Source: Eledone cirrhosa
Lineage: Eukaryota
Assembly (NCBI GenBank): GCA_964016885.1
Contig: OZ024740.1
Span: 382,788,001-382,852,000 of the forward strand
Reading direction: 5' to 3'
DNA length: 64,000 bases
Below the pieces are notes generated by a model. The model saw only the letters and a program-made list of their open reading frames with translations. It had not been told where the DNA came from and searched no databases. Positions within the stretch are counted from its first letter, which is position 1, and every line of letters starts with the position of its first letter. Position numbers and translations under genes: made by a program. This document shows, in pieces, positions 53,698 to 64,000 of this stretch.

Positions 53698-54298
53698 CAG
53701 GTCACCAGTTGGTGCTACTGGTAACATGTATCCAAGTACAACCTGTCTCATGGTCCTTGGCGACTAAACTGGCAACCCCACCAAGGTTTCTTGGTGAGGA
53801 TGGTGACTTTGGACATCCTGCAGGACTAAAAACAAAACCTGTCAAAGGGCAAGGGAGCTCTTAAGAATCAATAGCCATCCAAAATCACCGGGAGAGATGA
53901 CCCCTTAGCCTTTGTCAAGGCAGAATTCTAGGAGAAGGAAAACTCTGATATAACACCTGCAACCCTGATGGTATCCAATGATGTTGACTTGTTCTTCTTT
54001 TTGGTAAATATCATCTTGGTTAAGAGAGTGGGACTGGCTTTGTGCAGTGCCTTTGCTCACTATAAAAGCTTCACAGCACAGGCATTGCTTTATATCTGGA
54101 GATCTCTCTGCACTTGTCATCACATGGTACCATGGGCCCTGCACTATGTGTCAATAATGGTCACAAGTGTAGTCTTTGTACCAGAGTTTTCAAGTCGCTG
54201 GCTGGACTAAAAAGTCATATTCGTTCAGCGCATCGGTAGGGGTTCTCCTACATGGATATAAAGTAGTGGCCGTACTCGAAAACGAGTTGGCAGCCACC
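53698..54298 (+). mobile_element. Internally deleted (bipartite) RTE-like non-autonomous element flanked by (TATG)n
   Basis: The 5' part resembles RTE 5' UTRs (GGCGACTAAACTGGCAACCCC...TCTAGGAGAAGGAAAACTCTGA). The 3' part encodes a decayed C2H2-like end (SLAGLKSHIRSAHR*) and a short stem-loop ACTCGAAAACGAGT before the tail. (TATG)n at 53617-53697 and 54299-54382. Confidence 0.6.
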
Positions 54299-56589
54299 AT
54301 GTATGTATGTATGTATGTATGTATGTATGTATGTATGTATGTATGTATGTATGTATGTATGTATGTATGTATGTATGTATGTAGGTAGGTAGGTAGGTAG
54401 GTATATCCATGCATGTACGTACGCATGACTCTACTCATACGTATACCACATACGATGTGTTCCCGGGTACCAAATATCAGTAAACATGAATCTGCATATT
54501 TGCGAGAGATCTACTTAACCAGAGAAACATGAAGTAACACCAAGAATATGAGTTTCAAACACAGTAGACTACGTACCTTGACATATTAGAGACAAGATTG
54601 GCAAAAACTGCATTCTACTTTGAAGACACTATACATTTCATAAATATTATTAGAATTGTTCCTATATAAGAAATTGAAAAGGGTTAAAATCATTTTTCTT
54701 CTAAGCAGATTATCGATACTTCCGAATGTGTGTTACCTATGATATTTCCATCTTGTCTATAAATCCATTGTAGTCCCAGAATCCATTTTGATTTAAATAT
54801 TTATCTGCCCAATCGCAATTTCAAATAACAAATCTTAAATTTTATTTATAAAATAAGCCAAAAGCCTTTTTAGAAAGAATATTTGCATGACAATCTAATC
54901 TATAGTTAAATTCTCTTTCTATATTCTGTCAACAATGTTTTAAAAGAAATAAAATATTGTTAATAATTGAATAAATTCAAAACTGGGGTGACGATAAAAA
55001 AAAATAAACTATACATTTTAGTTTTCAACAGAATGTCTTATATTTAAATTCCAAATATCTAATAGATGTGTTTCCCTGGGTGTGCTTTAAGGATAACTTG
55101 CGCAGACTTGCGAAACTTAATTGTGTTTACCGAACACATAAATAATATATTGAATGAAATTGAACAAACAAGTCGATAGAGAGCTGACAGCATATATCTA
55201 TCAACGAAGAAAAGTTCTTTAGATATTTAATATAGAATTATAGCCGTTAATTTTTTTCTTTTATCTTGACAATTCTTATAGAATTGTTTATTCTTAAATG
55301 TCCTAAGATTATATTTTAGTTTGTAATTAACTAACAAAAAAAATGATTTGCTTTGGACTTGATTCTCAGTTATATTGGTTACGTTTCTGCATCCTATTAG
55401 CTATAGTTGAATGCCAAAAGAAACATGTATCAGACACACGTGTGTGATACAATCAATTGTTTAGCAAGTTCCTTTATTTTAGCTATCACTGGTAAGAGTA
55501 TATTTAACCGCTACACACACTGTTGATATTTGTATGGTTTTCGTGACAAATCTCCTATATATCTGTGAATGAAATAGCGTTGTTTTTATTATTATAATCT
55601 TGAATTAGTCAATCAGATAACAGATGTGTGGAGCCCAACCGTGTTTATACAATCTTTCGGATGATTAATCTCAAAGAATAGAAATAAATTCATTAAGCAT
55701 CTCTTAAACTTGACATCTAGTCATCTGTAGGTTCTGGGCTCCTTATAGGACTTATGAGATGCAATTCGGTAATGATTGCACATTAAATGATTAGCTGTTG
55801 CAGTGTAGCTCCTAAATGAAGGGTTTTCCTAGACATGACATAAATGTTGCTTTTTGTTCCTGCGCGCCAGATGTAATTATTGTTATTTCATTTGTGGTGA
55901 TGTGTAGGTCTGTCTGGAACTCAGATTTTCAGATTTTGTGACTTTCAAAAACACATCATGCATTCTGTCTAAGTTTTCTAGATAGATATATTCATTGTGT
56001 TTGATATACACAATTATTTGTGGAGCTCTTTTTATTATTACACATTTTAAGGATAAGGCGCCGATGATAGCCACCATTCGATTCAATCTTTTAGAGACTT
56101 GCAAGCCAAGTGGCACTTCCTACTACAGATACGATATCCCAGGGTAGACAGTTTGAAAAGCATTGACCGAATGAAGGCTATATCTGGTAATGGTTAGATC
56201 CAGATATTCCACCTGTGAAATATCATTATTTGATTAAATAGCTAAACACATGTACTCAATTTCCGCAAACATTTGTTTAAGAAAACTGTCAAGTTCACTT
56301 TGAAATTCAAAACACTTTTTACAATGAAATAGATAACAGATAAATATTAATGTTGATTAAATCCAGAAAAAAATTCCCTGATAAATGGATGTTATTTTGA
56401 TCATCGTTTTCAGCGTAAATACTTCTCAGTCTATCATCTGCGACAGTTCCTTTATTCATTTTTTATAGATATAAACAAAGAAAAAAGAGAATGCAGTTAT
56501 AAATAAATGATATAACTGAAGAACCTTGTAAAGGAAAATTCAAAATATATGACTTTACACATATATGGCTAATAAGAATGGTGTTTCGA

Positions 56590-57480
56590 ATGTAGCAGAG
56601 TAGAAGGTCAAGGACAATGGATCATGATGGCGTGAGTGTAAAGTAAGAATTGTAGACCAGCCAGGCTGCAGATTGCGGTCATGGGTGAATGATGAAATGG
56701 CATGTTCGGCGAAGCAATGAACCAATCGCAGCTCCTGAACACTGATGGAGTAGAGTGGATAAATGTAAGTAGCATGCAGTATCTTGATGTTTGGCAGAAT
56801 TTAAATTTCGTCATTATATGAAGTTAGGAATATAACATATCGACTCCTAATTAGGAAGGAACGTTCGAATAAACGTTGTAAAAAAGGGCTTAAAGTATCA
56901 CAGAATGTGGAGTGTGGGGTGTGGTACGTATTGGGATGAAATATATATATGGTTTGATAAGGATTGTCGAGTGTATAGATGTATTTGGGGAAGTTGAATA
57001 ACGGAATAGCAGAAAGAATTCCAAAACGATCGAGGTGGTGGATGAAGCATGCTAGGGAATAGGAAATAGATGGTTGTTGTTTGTACTAGAGAAGAAGAGG
57101 GCCAGGGTAAATGTCACTAACTATATTTAGGAACTGATGTATCGGAGGGTATCCCGCAATGATGTATGGAGAAGTGGATGAAGATAGACACAACGGAAAA
57201 TTCAGGGTAATTAGTAGGGTTGACATGCAAGCAGAAACATCGTGGCGTGACAATTTGAGGGAAACAGTTTGTCTAGATTAGGGAGTGTTACTGAAAATAC
57301 GTTTGGAGAAATGTATGGAAGAGCGATGTCAATGTGGAGAAACAGGAGAAATATTTGCTTAAGTTGAGGTTGCATATCGTGAAAGAAATATTTAGGTTAA
57401 TCATCGTGATCAAACTAGGTAAAAGGTTGCCAATTTTTAAAGATGTATAAAATTATTAAGCATAGATTTAGTTTCATCCA
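56590..57480 (-). pseudogene. Very old LINE (CR1/L2-like) 3' remnant
   Basis: Minus-strand fragments KTKSML, LALFFS and a TSIV.WNS-like stretch. Weak. Confidence 0.3.
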
Positions 57481-58041
57481 ATTTCAGTGTAAATGTTGTG
57501 ATTTAAACAACCTAGACATCTGCGTCACAGTGCTAATAATACAGTGAAAAGGTAAATGATATTTAAAGAGAACGTTCGGGGAAATATTAGGTATATATAT
57601 CTCCTTTAATAAGAAATAAAAAGCATGAATAAATCATTGAATAGAATAACATCTTGGAAGCAGAATGATTTGTCAAACATAACCAGACATAAAACCTGAT
57701 ACAGATACTCATGAAATCGCTAAGGATTATATAAATGAAATTGAAATTTCGATGTATGCGCTTTTGTTATTCGTGTCATAACAATGTCAAGTTCCTGGCG
57801 GCCTCAGTAAAAACAAAATGTTTATTCAATAACAAGGCCGAATCAAGTAGACCTCATATCATAATTCGTATGAAATACAGAAGAACAGGATACTATACAT
57901 CATTGTTTCCATATTATATCTAAAAGCATCTTAATCCTATTTTTCTACCGGTCCTTAGATAAGACACTAGAAATGTATTGACATATAGGTAATCAAGTAG
58001 AATTATAACATGTTCCGTGCACTTATGTTTTTATATTTAAT

Positions 58042-58116
<75 letters not shown>

Positions 58117-60502
58117 CATGTGTGTGTGTCTGTGTGTGTGTGTGTGTGTGTGTTTGCGTGTGTATGTATGTATATATGTATATGTGTATATGTATATATG
58201 GATGTGTGCGTACATATATGTATGTATTAGATAGGCCACATGGTACCACATTCATATTTCATTGAAATTTTGGCTGTGACATTCATCGAATATTAGAGAG
58301 AATTCTTAGCTAAGTTAACTAGAAGCAAAATGGAAACAATGTCTCTTTTGTAATTTTACTTCTACCCAATATTCTTCTTAACAGCCGGACAAAAATATTG
58401 TCTTTAATACGAAACAAATTATGCATGTCATCAGGGAGAAGACATGAACTATTTACATACGTTACTTTTCCATATGCATTTTCTTATGAAGAAAAAGGCA
58501 CTATTTTAACTTCTCTTCGACACAGCATCGTAGGTGTTCATAATTTCTCCATATATATTTAGAATTTTGAAATTATTAGTTTCCTAAGAATAAACTGGGT
58601 ACAGTTGCTTAAACATAAAGCAGAATTGATGTAGAATTTTGCAGTAGTTGACATTTAGAGTGAGCTTTAAGAAACTAATGCGGGTGTTGTGAGGTTCATA
58701 ATTAAAGCAAAAGCTTTAACAGTGTAGGTGAAGAGCAATAGTTTCATTTTAGAATTGAGGCCATGTATATGTTAACTTACCATAGCATTGCATTAAGGCT
58801 ACATTCTTGACTTATCTGCTACTCTATTTCGTGCAGGTGTATGGTTGGTAATATATTTATTTTGTTTAGTTTACGTTTCCTACAACTGAAGGAAAGGAAA
58901 TAACAAATATCAACTGAGTCACAGGAATTATAAATAATTAATATATTTGCTCATAAACTATTTAGAGATGTTATTCGATTCTAATGTTCTTGATAGTATA
59001 GCTGCAAAGAGTGGTTTTCTGAATAAAAAACACATTTTATGATAAATTATTTTTCTATACCTAATAGCAATATTATTTCACATTTTCCTCTTCCGTTTTA
59101 ATTCTGATAAAAATACTATAACACTTATGACTTAATTTACGACCTTATTTAAATATGTATATAGAAGTAAGTGTGTATCTTTATTAAATAGTTTTCCAAT
59201 ATAGTGGGGGCATGTAGAAAATGAAGAGTGCAAATATTCGTTAAATTTCACAGATATCTCCAAGAGTAATGAGACTAACCAAATGCGAACGACTGAATGT
59301 TTACGTATGCTGACAGAATAGCTCGAGTGCTTCACTTGATTCTATCGATAATGAATGCCTATTGGTGTTGATTAGTAACTTCCATTGATATGAATATTAT
59401 AGGAATATAACTTTTCTAAGTAACAACAGAAAAAAAGAAAAACAAATTGTTTGAAATTGCCACTGTTTTACCATACATTGAATATATATATATATATATA
59501 TGTTATAAACATAGCTACGAATAATTTAAGTATGAAAAGATGCGTCCCATCAAAATATGGCGTTTTAAAAACATAAGTGCTATACATCCATCGGCTGATT
59601 TCCGATGATAAGTTATATTGTCGACAAAATCTAGCACTTATTTATTTGATCAAATATATAATATCTCTGCATTTTAAACCCCGAACCGGCAGGGGTAAAT
59701 ATATCTATTGGATGCTGATTTTGAAACAAGTTTATACATAACCAATGAGCATATACCAAAATACACTCACACCCTTACTTGAAATGTATTTTATTTTAGT
59801 AAGTTTAACATTATTGGGGTATCAATAGAGAATTTAAATAGATGTGTCTAATTACAAAGGAGTGTTCTGTGTGATAATCTAGATTCTCTTAATTCAATGC
59901 CCTTAAATCTAAGTATTATAATTCATTTAGCTGTAGACTTTAAATGTATGACAAATATCAAACTTCAACAAATTTCATGTTCAATTTCGAGTGGTTATTT
60001 CACAATTTAAGAAACGAAAGATTATAATGTGTTGTGTTATTGAGGTAAATGTATAACTGTGAGCAAAATCATAGTAAATCTGGATTCTATTCGTATACTT
60101 TTATATTGAGATAAATCAGTGTATATTAAATGTCTCACACACTACTAATGTTTAGAGTATTTTATACGTTTTAATTTTCGTTATTGAAAGTTACTGACAA
60201 TGGTTATAGGGTAGGCAATTCAGTAAACATTAATTACATAAGTGAGAAACATACATGAATAACTTTCATTTTGAGTGCCAATATTCTAAAGATACATACA
60301 TTATGGGTTATTATGTGTTTTACATCATTATCATTATCCTCGATGTTATCTAAAAGTTATGGCTGATTCTTTATGCAAAGAAACACATTATCCATTTGTA
60401 TATAATAACACAGATTTCTCTGTATAAATGTATGTATCAGCATACACGCTTGTGTTTGCCTGAAATAATAGTTATGAATAGTGCCTAACTATTCAAATTA
60501 AT

Positions 60503-60556
60503 AATTGTTTCTACTTTAGGCACAAGGCCAGCAATTACCCAGTGCATTACTGGTAC
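60503..60556 (-). mobile_element. SINE 3' end (severely 5'-truncated) with a 15-bp TSD
   Basis: TSD ACTATTCAAATTAAT at 60488-60502 and 60555-60569. Body is identical to the 3' end of the 5555 copy. Confidence 0.88.
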
Positions 60557-62412
60557 TATTCAAATTAATTATGGTCTCGACAACATATTGAACATGCACA
60601 GACACACTCACGTATATAATAAACGCATACATGAATAAGAAGTAAGCATATATGTTGCCTTGTGAGAATGAGTGTGTGTAAGTGTGTGTGTATTCAATAC
60701 TTCTTGAAACCTAAAAACTATCCTGGAGGTGTCATTTCAAGAACGGTTTATTCATACAGCAGTAAACATTATAACTAAAAATATATCTCAGAAAGAACAT
60801 GATGAACATCCGTCGCTTTTGAAACCGCCATTGGAAAAGGATTCCGATTAAGGAGATATTTTTAGAACGATGTCTGTTTCATTGATCATCTACGTCATTT
60901 GGAACACTCATCTAAATAAAGAAACCATACGAACAAATAAATATTTACCCGTTCTTTTTCTATCTTTCAGTCACACTTTCATATCTTTCTTTTTCTTTTT
61001 ATTGTTTTGTCCTCTTTTGACTTCCTTTATGCTTACTCATTCAAAGACATCCAAAATAATGTTATTTCATTTATATGTTTATTCTATGAAAATAGCTTTG
61101 CTAATATATCGAAATGGTATTCTTTCTTCGGTATTCATTTCTAGTGAATCAGATAATGGTGGGTAGTTGAATGGCTCCTTCGAATGTTCGGATTCGACTG
61201 ATGTTGTGTTCTTCTTTCTGTGCATTTCGATATATTCGGTCTCGTTAGTGGCATACAGGGAATAAGCTCAGAGACTTCATTCAAGCAACGATTCGTTTGT
61301 TATACACTAGTTATGCTATATACAATCATACTTATTGCTTGTTTTTTTTCTAGCATACATATTATCAATGTCTTTCCAGAAATGACAATCTCGTACATTT
61401 GGAGAGATATGAAGGATAACAATTATTTTTTGAACATGGTTGAAATATTATTTGAGGAGTGTTTAGCTGATATTTTTAGAATTTCCGGTGCCTACATAGA
61501 AGATCTGTTTCTGCAACATGTGATGCTGATAGGCTTGTGGGAATTTAAGATATTGAGTAATTTGTAGACACAAAGGAAGCAACGTCACAAGTATTCGTCA
61601 GAGGCAGCATCAGTGTAAACATTCGTCAATATGCTCAGTATAATACCATTAAAAGTGTTTTAGGTTTCATTATGGATACACTGAAACCGGATCATGGTAG
61701 ACGCTGACACTTCAGTTGTTTCTCATCCAAATTGAATTCCGAGATATAATCCAATTCGTCCACTGGTCCAGCATTAAATACATATAAATATATATAAATA
61801 TCAAATACTTGGGAATAATTGTTGATAACAAAAACAGATGTGTCCCTCATATAAACAATGAAGGTGACATGACCGGCCGAATGCGTTCGTGGATTCTCAG
61901 AGCTTCCACTCGAGAAAACCACACAATTATAGATCTCTTCTCTACATTTGCGCGACCCCACATTAAATAATGTTATCCACTGTGGTCATCCCACACGAAA
62001 CAAAGTATTATAAAAATTGAAGCAACTCAAAGGTCAATCACAAAACAGATAGCAGGCATAACACGCATTTACTATAGGTGTCGCTTAAAAAAGTTCAAAT
62101 GTTACTCTCTCTAACGCTGCCATGAGCGCTACATTGCGTGCATGATGTGGGACATTTTCCATCAGTATTGCCAAAAGGAGTTGGCATCTCCCATTACGTA
62201 CATTTAAAGCTCGGTCTCCTGTGGTGTCCATCCACAAAAAACTGGCATCTCAAAATGTCTCGTTCATGAAATAATACACCGAAATACATTAAAACAGATA
62301 CTGATTCGATAAAATTCCGAAGTCTTGGAACAAATGATTCTAGGAAATCCCGGATAAATCTCCTACACACCAATGTAACATTAACTCTCCGTAAACACTA
62401 ACTCTCCGCTTC

Positions 62413-62492
<80 letters not shown>

Positions 62493-63061
62493 GCATATAT
62501 ATATATAGAGAGAGAGAGAGAGATAGATGGATAGATAGATAGAGATAGTTGTTACATTGGATGTACATTGGATGTACATTTTTAACTTAATTGTTTAAGC
62601 GTCAGTCATACAAAAGTGAGTTACAAACGAAACGAAATTTAATTTCGTTTCGTTATTTGTTTTTATCGTCTCCGTTGAACCGGTACGTACTCACGCTCTA
62701 TGCAAATTGGTCTGCCCAGTACTAATTTTCATAGAAAAAGCATATAACGATATGTGCTTTTACGATTCTCTAGAAAGGCCGGAAGATAGGTAAATATTGC
62801 TGATAAGTTGTAACAACAACGAAACTAGTTCAATATTCCTTGTCTGGCTTTCTGGAGAATAGAGGAAAGGTGTTTCCTCAAAAACCAGTATGACTCTAAA
62901 AACCGGTTTGTCTGTGTGTTTACATACAGAATAGCTGGACACTCACAGTAAAGTGACCAGTGAAAAACTCGGTACATCTACATATGTATACGTGTGTGTA
63001 TTCATATGCATACTAGTATTTCAGTATACATATGTGGATGTACATTTTTAACTTAATTGTT

Positions 63062-63495
<434 letters not shown>

Positions 63496-63899
63496 TTGTG
63501 TCTGGGTGTGTTTTTATCTTTTATTCGTATTATTTTTTTGCTTAACCCTGTTTTACAGTTTCATACATATGAATCAGTGATTATATGTATATGTATAATG
63601 ATTTATAGATAGATATATAGGAAAAGAAATCAATTGATAGACAGATAGATTAATAGGTAAAATTAAAGGGATAGGGTGTAGGAAACAAATGCGAAAAATT
63701 ATTTTCTCCAGCACGAACAATACTACATTGATCGGTAAATACATTTACATTTGTTGGTTTTTGCAATTGAATTCTATTTTTTCCCGCTCACTTTGTAGAG
63801 ATGATCTTTTAGGTGTATTCAGAAAATCAATAAGGAAAGTGTATGAAAAAGTAGGTTATGTAAATACATGGATACCTATATATATATATAAAAATGTAC

Positions 63900-63932
<33 letters not shown>

Positions 63933-64000
63933 GAGTGCGTGCGTATGCGTGCGTGTGCGTTTGTGTTCGTTTGTGTTCGTTTGTGCGTGTGTGTGAATGG

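Noticed and set aside
53698-53790. HDV-like ribozyme in the RTE-like 5' end
   Set aside because: P3-like (ACC/GGT) and GACTAA pieces exist, but I could not order P1 and P2 into the canonical nested double pseudoknot.
55883-56215. Minus-strand terminal exon after TTTCACAG
   Set aside because: All frames close quickly and there is no recognisable homology.
60780-61965. Coding-like unique sequence on the minus strand
   Set aside because: Multiple stops in every frame and no recognisable motif. BLASTX would be needed to call a pseudogene.

Overview
Repeat-dominated, AT-rich eukaryotic DNA. No host protein-coding gene could be supported. An octopod cephalopod source is inferred from the tRNA-derived SINE and the dense (TA)n/(CA)n/(TAA)n microsatellites. 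(1) Positions 1-17.4 kb are a nested pile-up of non-LTR retrotransposons separated by (TAA)n/(TTA)n tracts. It holds five pieces of one R4/Dong-like RT-RLE family, two pieces of a second Dong-like family, SINE pieces, and a full-length two-ORF Tx1/L1-clade LINE (8647-14530) with an intact 1139-aa ORF2. The polarity of the cluster flips near 8410. (2) Positions 17.5-46 kb contain three Penelope-like (Naiad-type RT + C-terminal GIY-YIG) copies, one with a large inverted arm, and many short elements and fold-back hairpins inside (TA)n tracts. Many of these carry minimal hammerhead-ribozyme cores, and two Penelope 3' regions show a hammerhead-like core with a ~90-100 nt rod inserted in stem II. 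(3) The remainder holds decayed RTE, L1 and other LINE remnants, an internally deleted RTE derivative in (TATG)n, and SINE copies with ATTA-starting target-site duplications. Best leads: a candidate (TTA)n-targeting Tx1 element sharing a niche with Dong, a possible Tx1-SINE 3'-tail partnership, and a (TA)n-resident population of hammerhead-bearing mini-elements and fold-backs. All alignments and folds were done by eye; nothing was computed or searched.
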